The notes below the pieces were generated by a model. That model saw nothing but the letters and a program-made list of their open reading frames with translations, was not told the DNA's origin and made no database searches. Below, piece by piece: positions 38,330 to 50,300 of a DNA stretch of 64,000 nucleotides. The DNA is taken from contig QPMI01000615.1 of the NCBI GenBank assembly GCA_004431415.1, positions 161,542 through 225,541 of the forward strand, given 5' to 3'. Within the stretch, counting starts at the first letter, position 1, and each line of letters begins with the position of its first letter. The translations under genes were made by a program, and so were the position numbers. This stretch comes from Cyanophora paradoxa CCMP329 (lineage: Eukaryota > Plantae > Glaucophyta).

Positions 38330-41300
38330 ACAGATCCGAGGCTGCGCTGCCCTGCAACTTGGCACAAATGAAGTGTTGGCAATTGGGGCCCACTATTGCT
38401 TGGCGAGGCACCAGCACCTTTTCAGCGCTTGCCACTATTAAAATCAAATCTAGCGCCTTTGATATAGTCCAGGTACGCTTCTCCAGTCAGTGAAAAGGCC
38501 GGGATCTTTTCCTGGCTTCATGATCAATTCTCATGATCATCATGAACACTGCATGCATGGGTGCTCAGATCCTCACTGCGAGCCAAATTGAAACTCGGGG
38601 CCCATATTGCATACGCCCGCGAGCATGCTGTTGGGGGTTCTCGAGGGCGCTGGATTTGATTATGAAGTCGGTTGAAGACAGATCCGAGGCTGCGCTGCCC
38701 TGCAACTTGGCACAAATGAAGTGTTGGCAATTGGGGCCCACTATTGCTTGGCGAGGCACCAGCACCTATTCAGCGCTTGCCACTATTAAAATCAAATCTA
38801 GCGCCTTTGATATAGTCCAGGTACGCTTCTCCAGTCAGTGAAACGGCCGGGATCTTTTCCTGGCTTCATGATCAATTCTCATGATCATCATGAACACTGC
38901 ATGCATGGGTGCTCAGATCCTCACTGCGAGCCAATTGCAAATTGAAACTCGGGGCCCATATTGCATACGCCCGCGAGCATGCTGTTGGGGGTTCTCGAGG
39001 GCGCTGGATTTGATTATGAAGTCGGTTGAAGACAGATCCGAGGCTGCGCTGCCCTGCAACTTGGCACAAATGAAGTGTTGGCAATTGGGGCCCACTATTG
39101 CTTGGCGAGGCACCAGCACCTTTTCAGCGCTTGCCACTATTAAAATCAAATCTAGCGCCTTTGATATAGTCCAGGTACGCTTCTCCAGTCAGTGAAAAGG
39201 CCGGGATCTTTTCCTGGCTTCATGATCAATTCTCATGATCATCATGAACACTGCATGCATGGGTGCTCAGATCCTCACTGCGAGCCAAATTGAAACTCGG
39301 GGCCCATATTGCATACGCCCGCGAGCATGCTGTTGGGGTTCTCGAGGGCGCTGGATTTGATTATGAAGTTGGTTTAAGACAGATCCGAGGCTGCGCTGCC
39401 CTGCAACTTGGCACAAATGAAGTGTTGGCAATTGGGGCCCACTATTGCTTGGCGAGGCACCAGCACCTTTTCAGCGCTTGCCACTATTAAAATCAAATCT
39501 AGCGCCTTTGATATAGTCCAGGTACGCTTCTCCAGTCAGTGAAAAGGCCGGGATCTTTTCCTGGCTTCATGATCAATTCTCATGATCATCATGAACACTG
39601 CATGCATGGGTGCTCAGATCCTCACTGCGAGCCAAATTGAAACTCGGGGCCCACATTGCATACGCCCGCGAGCATGCTGTTGGGGGTTCTCGAGGGCGCT
39701 GGATTTGATTATGAAGTCGGTTGAAGACAGATCCGAGGCTGCGCTGCCCTGCAACTTGGCACAAATGAAGTGTTGGCAATTGGGGCCCACTATTGCTTGG
39801 CGAGGCACCAGCACCTTTTCAGCGCTTGCCACTATCAAAATCAAATCTAGCGCCTTTGATATAGTCCAGGTACGCTTCTCCAGTCAGTGAAAAGGCCGGG
39901 ATCTTTTCCTGGCTTCATGATCAATTCTCATGATCATCATGAACACTGCATGCATGGGTGCTCAGATCCTCACTGCGAGCCAAATTGAAACTCGGGGCCC
40001 ATATTGCATACGCCCGCGAGCATGCTGTTGGGGGTTCTCGAGGGCGCTGGATTTGATTATGAAGTCGGTTGAAGACAGATCCGAGGCTGCGCTGCCCTGC
40101 AACTTGGCACAAATGAAGTGTTGGCAATTGGGGCCCACTATTGCTTGGCGAGGCACCAGCACCTTTTCAGCGCTTGCCACTATCAAAATCAAATCTAGCG
40201 CCTTTGATATAGTCCAGGTACGCTTCTCCAGTCAGTGAAAAGGCCGGGATCTTTTCCTGGCTTCATGATCAATTCTCATGATCATCATGAACACTGCATG
40301 CATGGGTGCTCAGATCCTCACTGCGAGCCAAATTGAAACTCGGGGCCCATATTGCATACGCCCGCGAGCATGCTGTTGGGGGTTCTCGAGGGCGCTGGAT
40401 TTGATTATGAAGTCGGTTGAAGACAGATCCGAGGCTGCGCTGCCCTGCAACTTGGCACAAATGAAGTGTTGGCAATTGGGGCCCACTATTGCTTGGCGAG
40501 GCACCAGCACCTTTTCAGCGCTTGCCACTATTAAAATCAAATCTAGCGCCTTTGATATAGTCCAGGTACGCTTCTCCAGTCAGTGAAACGGCCGGGATCT
40601 TTTCCTGGCTTCATGATCAATTCTCATGATCATCATGAACACTGCATGCATGGGTGCTCAGATCCTCACCGTGGCACTGCGAGCCAATTGCAAATTGAAA
40701 CTCGGGGCCCACATTGCATACGCCCGCGAGCATGCTGTTGGGGGTTCTCGAGGGCGCTGGATTTGATTATGAAGTCGGTTGAAGACAGATCCGAGGCTGC
40801 GCTGCCCTGCAACTTGGCACAAATGAAGTGTTGGCAATTGGGGCCCACTATTGCTTGGCGAGGCACCAGCACCTTTTCAGCGCTTGCCACTATTAAAATC
40901 AAATCTAGCGCCTTTGATATAGTCCAGGTACGCTTCTCCAGTCAGTGAAAAGGCCGGGATCTTTTCCTGGCTTCATGATCAATTCTCATGATCATCATGA
41001 ACACTGCATGCATGGGTGCTCAGATCCTCACTGCGAGCCAAATTGAAACTCGGGGCCCACATTGCATACGCCCGCGAGCATGCTGTTGGGGTTCTCGAGG
41101 GCGCTGGATTTGATTATGAAGTCGGTTGAAGACAGATCCGAGGCTGCGCTGCCCTGCAACTTGGCACAAATGAAGTGTTGGCAATTGGGGCCCACTATTG
41201 CTTGGCGAGGCACCAGCACCTTTTCAGCGCTTGCCACTATTAAAATCAAATCTAGCGCCTTTGATATAGTCCAGGTACGCTTCTCCAGTCAGTGAAAAGG

Positions 41301-42750
41301 CCGGGATCTTTTCCTGGCTTCATGATCAATTCTCATGATCATCATGAACACTGCATGCATGGGTGCTCAGATCCTCACTGCGAGCCAAATTGAAACTCGG
41401 GGCCCACATTGCATACGCCCGCGAGCATGCTGTTGGGGGTTCTCGAGGGCGCTGGATTTGATTATGAAGTCGGTTGAAGACAGATCCGAGGCTGCGCTGC
41501 CCTGCAACTTGGCACAAATGAAGTGTTGGCAATTGGGCCCACTATTGCTTGGCGAGGCACCAGCACCTTTTCAGCGCTTGCCACTATTAAAATCAAATCT
41601 AGCGCCTTTGATATAGTCCAGGTACGCTTCTCCAGTCAGTGAAAAGGCCGGGATCTTTTCCTGGCTTCATGATCAATTCTCATGATCATCATGAACACTG
41701 CATGCATGGGTGCTCAGATCCTCACTGCGAGCCAAATTGAAACTCGGGGCCCACATTGCATACGCCCGCGAGCATGCTGTTGGGGGTTCTCGAGGGCGCT
41801 GGATTTGATTATGAAGTCGGTTGAAGACAGATCCGAGGCTGCGCTGCCCTGCAACTTGGCACAAATGAAGTGTTGGCAATTGGGGCCCACTATTGCTTGG
41901 CGAGGCACCAGCACCTTTTCAGCGCTTGCCACTATTAAAATCAAATCTAGCGCCTTTGATATAGTCCAGGTACGCTTCTCCAGTCAGTGAAAAGGCCGGG
42001 ATCTTTTCCTGGCTTCATGATCAATTCTCATGATCATCATGAACACTGCATGCATGGGTGCTCAGATCCTCACTGCGAGCCAAATTGAAACTCGGGGCCC
42101 ACATTGCATACGCCCGCGAGCATGCTGTTGGGGGTTCTCGAGGGCGCTGGATTTGATTATGAAGTCGGTTGAAGACAGATCCGAGGCTGCGCTGCCCTGC
42201 AACTTGGCACAAATGAAGTGTTGGCAATTGGGGCCCACTATTGCTTGGCGAGGCACCAGCACCTTTTCAGCGCTTGCCACTATTAAAATCAAATCTAGCG
42301 CCTTTGATATAGTCCAGGTACGCTTCTCCAGTCAGTGAAAAGGCCGGGATCTTTTCCTGGCTTCATGATCAATTCTCATGATCATCATGAACACTGCATG
42401 CATGGGTGCTCAGATCCTCACTGCGAGCCAAATTGAAACTCGGGGCCCATATTGCATACGCCCGCGAGCATGCTGTTGGGGGTTCTCGAGGGCGCTGGAT
42501 TTGATTATGAAGTCGGTTGAAGACAGATCCGAGGCTGCGCTGCCCTGCAACTTGGCACAAATGAAGTGTTGGCAATTGGGGCCCACTATTGCTTGGTGAG
42601 GTACAAGCACCTTTTCAGCGCTTGCCACTATCAAAATCAATTCTAGCGTTTTTGATATAGCCTAGATACGCTTCTCCAGTCAGTGAAAAGGCCGGGATCT
42701 TTGCTGGGCCTCATGATCATGATCAGTGATCATGATCATCATGAGCACTA
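38330..42750. repeat. Tandem array of ~348-bp units (12 full + ~0.6 partial)
   Basis: ACAGATCCGAGG starts at 38330, 38678, 39032, 39379, 39727, 40075, 40423, 40785, 41132, 41480, 41827, 42175 and 42523. Confidence 0.98.
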
Positions 42751-45700
42751 CACCGCCTGGCGACCCGCGCCACCGCCCGCCGCGCCTCCGCTCCGCCCCG
42801 CGAGCCGCGCCGCCACCCCTGAGCCCCGCCCCGTCCGACGAGCCGCGTCGCCGCCCGACGCGTTTCCGCCCCGCCCCGCGAGCCGCGGCGCCGCTCGCCG
42901 CGCCCCCGCCCCGCCCGGCGACCCGCGCCGCCGCCCGCAGCGCCTCCGACCTGCCCGGCGGGCCGCGCCTCCGCCCGCCGCGCCTCCGCCCCGCCCCGCG
43001 AGCCGCGGCGCCGCCCGCCGCGCCTCCGCCCCGCCCCGCGAGCCGCGCCTCCGCCCGCCACGCCTCCGCCCTGCCCGGCGAGCCGCGCCTCCGCTCGCCG
43101 CGCCTCCACCCCGTGCGGCGAGCCGCGCCTCCGCTCGCCGCGCCTCCGCCCCGCCCTGCGAGCCGCGTCTCCGCCCGCCGCGCCCCCGCCCCGCCCGCGA
43201 GCTGCGCCGCCACCCGCTGAGCCCCCGCCCTGCCCGGAAAGCCGAGTCGCTGCCCGACGCGCCTCCGCCCCGTCCGGCGAGCCGCGTCGCCGCCCGCCGA
43301 GCCTCCGTCCCGCCCCGCGAGCTGCGCCGCCGCCCCCCGCGCCCCCGCCCCGCCCAGTGAGCCGCGCCGCCACCCTGCCCGGAGAGCCGCGCTCGCCGCG
43401 TCTCCCACCTGGCCGGAGGGAGCTGTGCCACCACCCGCTGTCTCGCTGAACCCGCCAGGCAAGTTAAGCGGGGGGAGAGAGGGGGGAGGGAGGGAGAGCC
43501 GTGGGCGAGGGGAGGGCATACTCCGAGGGCGCTTCGGCGCGGCGGCGGCAGGGCTCTTGCGGCCGCGGGGTGCACAGGCAGCCGCGAGGGCGGGCGCGGG
43601 GCGCTTGTCGTTGTGCGGCGCGGCGGGGGCGGCGGGGCGCTCGAAGATCCTCTCCCGCGGCAGCGGGACGCCCCGAAAATTCAAAATCCTCGAGAGCTGC
43701 GAGGGCGTCAGCAGCAGGCAGGCCGGGCTGTGCCGGGCAGGGCGCTCGGCACGGCGCACCGTCTCTGCGGGGCGGGGCGAAAGCGACGGGGCGGGGCGGG
43801 GCGACGGCGACGGGCCGGGCGAAGCGACAGCGCCGGGGCGGGCCGGGGAGCCGGCGGGGCTGCACGGGGCTGCACGGGGCGTGCGCCCCGGGCCGCCGCC
43901 CGCCGATCCTACGCCCCGCCGTGCAATCCATGCTGCCGCCCTCCGCTCCCTCCGACCATCGCCCCGGGACTCGATCATCCTGCGCGACAGGAGCGCCTTG
44001 TCAGCGACGCGTACGCACACAGACCGCTCAACTCACCTCGTCTAGGCCTGAGCCTCACCAAGCTGTGGAAGAGGGGTCCAGAATTCGGAGCCTGGAGACG
44101 GCGCGCGCGATCCAGCGCCTGGAACGCAAGCAAGAATCGTGAGACATGCGTTCGCGCGCCGCTGACGCAAAGCTATGGTCCGGTGGCCCACCCCCGGCGA
44201 TGGCGACGCGCTCGGCAGGGCGCGCTCGCCGCCAGCGGCGTGCCGGCACTCCATCGCCCGCTACGAAGGAGAGATCAACAGCGAGAAGCGTGCGGCAGTT
44301 CGCCTGTCCCCCCGTTCCCGGCCAGGCGGCCGCCGCACCTTGGCTCGGCTTGGGCGCAGGGCCAACCAACTGGGCCGACGGGGCTCACCGCCGGCGATCC
44401 CTGCGAAATCGAGTGAGCTGTACGTCACGCGTGGAACGCGGAGGGCACGGCATAGACGCACGTCGTCGGTTTGTGGGAGGAAGGCAGGCCGTGAACGCAG
44501 CGCCGCACGGAAACACGGCCACGCCAGGGCATAGACATGCAGCTGCGAGAACACGGGCCACATGCGCCTAGCTATAGCTAACGAAAGGGCCGCGCGCCGC
44601 ATCTGCGAGCTTCCGCCAACGTGCTCGGCACCGCGGCCGAGCGAGCTGCGAAGGAGCATGGGACCGCTCAGGCTTCCTCGGAAAGCTGAGCCGAAGGGCG
44701 TCCTCAAGCATCCTCGATCGATATCGCTGTTGGTGTCGCTGCCGCTTTCGCCCAACAGCTGTGTACCCCGAAATCCGCGGCCTTGCACTTTGAAGAGCAC
44801 GCAGGGCAAGAACTGGCTGCGGCCTCCAGCACGGGACGCAATGCAATCTCGGTGCGTCGGCGCTGGGCTCTCCACCGCAGCGCATCCTGGTCTCCCTTAC
44901 TCCACAATTTCAAACAGGTCAAACGGAGTCCGCACAGCTGCCGCGAACTTGACGAGCCTCGAGCGCGAACGACGTTCGAAGGTGCCTACTTGCATCCTCT
45001 CGCGTCCCCCGCCTGTCGCCGGCCTGATTTCAAACGCAGAGCGCTGCCCAGGGCGGCGGGCGCCCGCTCGTGGCGAAGAGCGCTCGTGTACGCGTCGTTC
45101 TTGCCTCTTCAAGCGCCCTTGATCTGCATTCTTAGCCCGGCCGCCGCCGCCAAGTGTTCCTTCTTTTGGTCGGCTCGCGCAGAAAGGAGAAGGCGGCTGC
45201 CGATGCGAAGCAAGGTGCTTTTTCGTTTCATCTCCTTTGCCCCAATCCCTCATTCCGCTGGCGGTCCAGGGAACGGGGTGACTGGCCCGCGCGAGCAGAG
45301 CACCACCATCCAGTTCGCCTAGCGTCTTCTCCCGCAGGCCAGGTGCTCGCTCTTGTTTCCGCTACTCTCGCGTTGATGTTTTTGTGACGCCGGCCGCGTG
45401 CGCAGCGGAGCGGGTGCCGTTCTCGGACGCGTGGCTTCTGGACGGCCGTGGCCTCGGAGTTCTTGTGCTTGCGGCCGCTGGGGCGCAGGTGCGGCAGGTG
45501 CGGTCGTTTGCCGGCGCGCATTCTTCTCTTCTTTCGGTTGACGCTCCGAGCTCAGCGAGCGCTGCGCCGTCGCGGCGACCGCGTTCCGGGCGCTCTCAAT
45601 CTCGGTGTGGGCGCTCGGCGACAGGTGCGGTCTGTTTATTGGCGCGCGTTCTCTCTTCTTTTGATTGACATTCCTCTCCGTGCGCAGCGAGCGCTCTGCC

Positions 45701-46030
45701 TTCGACGTCGGGCACGGGCAAGGGATGCTGGAAGCGGGGACGGGCCTCCTGCTCTCTCCTTGCTGCGGTGCGCAGACGTCCCCTTGCTTCCACTTCTCTC
45801 TTTATGCTAGGAGCCCGCTTATCCTGATGCGCGCAGCGCAGCGAGCGCGGCGACGTTCCGCAGCGAGTGCGGCGAGGGCGCATTCTGCCTGGGCCGGAGG
45901 CGGGCTGCTGGCGATCGGCTGGGCATGCGCAGGCGGCGGACGATGCCGCAGGCAGGACAGCAGTACTACCTGCTGTTCGGCAGCTGATTGCAGTTAAAAC
46001 GTTAGTTTTCCTTTTCTCGGCAACTAGCGC
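42715..46030. repeat. Right arm of the long internal inverted repeat, including a C-rich minisatellite at 42750-43400
   Basis: Reverse complement of ~35330-38300. Confidence 0.95.
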
Positions 46031-46632
46031 GGGGGACGACGCCGCTTGCAGGTCATTGCGTATTGTGTAAAGCCCTTACAGCCTAAGTTGCAGGCGGGGC
46101 AGATTGGGGCAGATGAGCTCGAGGGCGCCCGCGCACGATCGGCCACGAGGCCGCTAGCTGTTTCACAGTGTGCGCACATCTACACGAGGGCGCCGCGCGG
46201 GCTCGGGATTGGCCCCACGAGGGCGCTGAGCTGTGTGCGCATGCGCACATGTACTACGGTACGACCTAGGGGCGCCGGCGCCACGCGTACGCGTGCCCCG
46301 TCGAGCTTGACGACCGACTCTCTCTCTCGGCGAGCTCGAGCCGCGTCGAGCTCAGGCCCATAGCAACGAGCTCGACGACCGTCGACCGGTACCGGCCACG
46401 CTGCTGGCTATAGCTACGTATACGCCGGCGCAGTGCGTCCAGCTGCGTCGAGCGGCGCAGTGCGTCAAACTTCGAGTGCGTCGAGCGACGCAGTTTCGTG
46501 AAACTTGGCGCACTGCTTGAAACTGCGTGGAGATTTCGAGCAGTGCTTCATTTCCGACGCAATGCTTGAAATTCCCACGCAATGCTTGAAATTTCCGACG
46601 CAATGCGTGGGTGAGCCAAAAGTGCCGGGGTA

Positions 46633-47347
46633 GTGCTGGCGGCGCAGGAGGCGGCGGGCACCGTGGTGGCCATCGCGGCGGTGGCAGGGGCGGCTACCAG
46701 AGCGGCGGTGGAGGCGGCGGCCAAGGCGGGACGGGATCTAACGCCACCCTCCTCGGCAATCCCGCCCCGATGCAGCGCCCGACTGGCCCCGTTGTTGACG
46801 CGCCGTCTTCGCGCCCGACTGGCCCCGTTGTTGACGCGCCGTCTTCGCGCCCGGCTGGCCCCGTCACTGACGCGCTGCCTTCGCGCCCGACTGGCTCCGT
46901 TGCTGACGCGCCGTCTCCGCGCCCGACCGGCCCATCGCTAACGCGCCGCCCCCGAACCCTCGCCCGACTGACCACGGAGACGCCGTGCAGTCCGGTGGTC
47001 CTGACTCGGGCCGGGAGACTGAGGCTACGACGGACAGCCTGGCCATGGTACCGATCGCTCCGGTGCAAACTGTCCCGATCACGCCGACGCAGCCCTCGCA
47101 TCGGACATCGCGCACTTCGTTCGGGACGTCAACGCCACGACGGCGACGCAGCCGGTAACGTCGGCGGCGGAGAGGACGGCCCCCGTCCCCGTCGCCATCC
47201 CCGTCGCTGAACCCGCGTCGCCGTCCCCTCGTCGACTCACGCGACCGGCCCGTCGTCGCCGGCCCGTCTGACTTGTCGACAGAGATGGAAACGGGAAGCC
47301 GTACTGCGGCCGAGTCCCGTGTTCCAATTCGGTGTGCGCAGCCCGGC
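46633..47347 (+). repeat. ~720-bp direct duplication, copy 2
   Basis: Repeats 34033-34752, then continues into unique retrotransposon sequence. Confidence 0.95.
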
Positions 47348-50300
47348 GGGGCGTCACTGCCGGCAGTATCCGCGACCTCATCAACGCTGGCCTCCGCCGG
47401 CACGACCACACTCGCATGTCCGCCGCCTTGGCTCCCGTCACGTCCAAGAAAACCCCGCTCTTCACTCGAAACTTTGGCCGTATGCACCGCCCGCGCCCGA
47501 ACGCCATCAATCCCGTCGCCCGCGTCGCAGTCACGAGGTCGCTCACCTTCGCGGCCGCCCCCTCGGCGAAGAGCACGAACTCCGACGCTGACTCTGTGCG
47601 GGAGCCGAAGACCCGGACGTACTGCGCCCTGGGGGACCCCGTCACAGAGTCGCCGATGGACACTGCACTCGGCCCGCTAACCTCCAAATCGAGCACCGAC
47701 TCCCCCGCAGCCACCTCGCAGCAGGAGGGGAACGTCTCGAAGGAAGTGGGCGGCCGACCCCGAACTACAAGGCCCGCCCGCCAAGATGCCCGAAATCGAC
47801 TCGCTACCGGCGGTCGAGGGCTGCGAGTCCTTGGTACCCCTTTGCACTGACTGGCTCGACAACGTTGCTTACAACATGCACACTCGCCGTGTTAACAACC
47901 GCATGCACGTCGACGGCATCCAGTGCACTGACTGGCTTCGTGATGGCATCCCTTCGAGCGACCAGCGCCAGATCCACGCGCGTACCATCCTTTACTGCCC
48001 CGCCCTCCAGATGCTCACGACGTACCTCGAGCCGAAGGGCCCCGGTGTCTGCTGGGCTCGCGTCCGCAACGCTATCGATGCGGAAGGCGACTCGGAGGAG
48101 GCGCGCGCGCACCGCTTCCCCAAGCCCCACGACAACATGTACCCCGTCTTCACGCAGGCCTCCAATTACCGTACCGCGGTATTCACGGAGGATGCGCACA
48201 TGCCTCGCCGTCGGACCTGTCTTTCGCCAACGAGACGTGTGCTGACTGCCACCCCCATGTCGTCGGCCGCCAGGAGAATGGTACCCTTGTTGCCCGCCCC
48301 ATTCCCTCGGCACACCGTCGTGACGCGCCCAATGACGGACTTCGTACTGCTCACTCCGCGCTCATCGCTGCGCTTGAAAGCCTCCCTACGTCGCACCCCG
48401 TTCGTGACCCGACCAGGGAGATGGAGTTCTTTGTGATCGCCCGCGACATCTCCGGACACGCGAAGAACGGGCGGTTCCCGATCCCGCCGGCGCTCGACGT
48501 GAACCCCGGCATCCCGTGCGCTGACGGCACTCACGCTCACCACAGCCACCCGCATTGGCACTTGCTGGCGACCCGCCGCTCATCAACCCGAAAGGCCACA
48601 GTGAGCACAAGCGTCTGAATGCGGCCGTCACACGCATCATTGCAGACACGGCCACTGAGGATGACGTGACAACGTTGCGCACGTGGATCGCAATCGCCCG
48701 TGAGACGACGACTATCGCGGCAATTAACACTAACATCTCGAACACCAACGAGCAGCTTCGCCGGCCTACCGGGGCGCTGAGGGCGAGCAGCTGTTACACT
48801 TGGTTGAAATGGCAGCGATGGCCATCACGAACACGGGCGCCCCGCCGCCTCGCACGCGGCAGGCTGCGGCCAACCACGTCACGAGTGTACTGCGTAAGGA
48901 GCTCGAGGCATTCGATGTTGACACTACGGTTCAGGCAATCGTCAACGCTCTGTGCGCCCGTCGTGTCTTCACTTTCACCGACGGCGCCATGGACACAACC
49001 GACGCGCCGCCTGCACCTACGACAACGCTGACGCTCCCAGGAGCTGCTGTCGTCGAGTCCCTCCTGAACCGTGTCAAGACGTCCTTCACCGACGCGCAGA
49101 ACCGCAGCCCAACATTCATGCGCCCCAACCGACGAACGGCCGCTGTCAATTACGTTGAGAGCACACTCCGCACGTACCTCCGTGGCTACGACGTCGAGTC
49201 TACGATCCTACTTCTCGTCTACATTCTCGAGCGCGAGGGTGAGCTACGGTTCGCCTCAGGCCCTGACGCGACTTCGGCAAAGGCTGCTGACGCCTACTCT
49301 CGTTTCGTCGCGGCAAACGCTCCGACCGACCCCGTCGCCGGACCCAGCTCTGTCGCGACGGCAGAGGGCCTCGCCCCTGAGGACAAGACGCCAATCGTCC
49401 CGCCGACCACGCCCACTCCACCCGCGCCCGCCGTACTGCGGCCCAAGGCGTCGGAGGACAGGGCTGACAATGACCCCATCAACCGCAACCGGAAGTTGCG
49501 CGAGATGCTGATGGACATTGCGGAAGACTCGATCACGCTCATCGCTCGTCGCCACCAGGCAGCGGGGAGGTATGAGCGCGAGGGTGGAGACCGCGTCTTC
49601 GCCTCTCGCACGGTCGAGAAGATCATGGTCAGTGTTGGGGGACAGCAAATTCTTCTCTTCCTGTCGCCAGTCGACATGCCTGCACCGTGCCACACGTGCA
49701 GCATCGGCCCGATGGCTCACCCGTCATCGTGAACCACCGGCTCCGTGCATCAGTGATCAGCATTGCGCACCGCTACTACGAGTACATCGACTCGACCACG
49801 GGCAACACGGTGACAATGACTAACGTCGAGCTTCAGGAGCACTGCCGCCTCTGCACAACGCCGCCGTACATGGAGTTCGTCCGCAATTGCCCCGTACCGT
49901 CGCCAACCTCACGCCAGCGCACGCCGTACCCGAGTACTCTGCGACCTGACGATGCACCGGCGGACATCACGCTCGACGCTCTGTACGGAGTGACGATGGA
50001 AATGAAGACGCTCTTCCTGCGGATTATCGGTCTGTTAATGGATATCACCCACAGGGAACGACGTCTTTGACGGGAACGACGACTGGCCTCGGGTCGCTGA
50101 CATCTTCCTTAACGTCGACGTCAGCCCCTTCACCGTCCGCGCCAGCACCTCCGGCCTGGCGTTCGCGACGCGAGTACTGGACCGATAGGCACTCGGCCAA
50201 TCATTCTCGCCCCGGGAGTTGTCAACACCTCTGGGCAGGACACGTCCCGACTCGCGCGAACGACTGTGAACGCGTCGCTTCCCGTCTGCTTGTCGGCACC

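Larger units (their letters stand above)
34746..46630. mobile_element. 11.9-kb non-coding TIR/foldback element nested in the retrotransposon
   Basis: Perfect 35-bp TIR CCCCGGCACTTTTGGCTCACCCACGCATTGCGTCG (34746-34780 / 46596-46630). ACGCA(A/G)TGC-type subterminal repeats at both ends. TA follows the right TIR. No transposase recognised; superfamily uncertain (possibly CCC-type EnSpm). Confidence 0.85.

Noticed and set aside
38330-42750. 348-bp array as a CRISPR array, 5S/snRNA/SL-RNA cluster, or tandem 102-aa genes
   Set aside because: There are no unique spacers or cas genes, and no recognisable 5S or snRNA sequence. The repeated ORF is broken by indels in several units and resembles no known protein.
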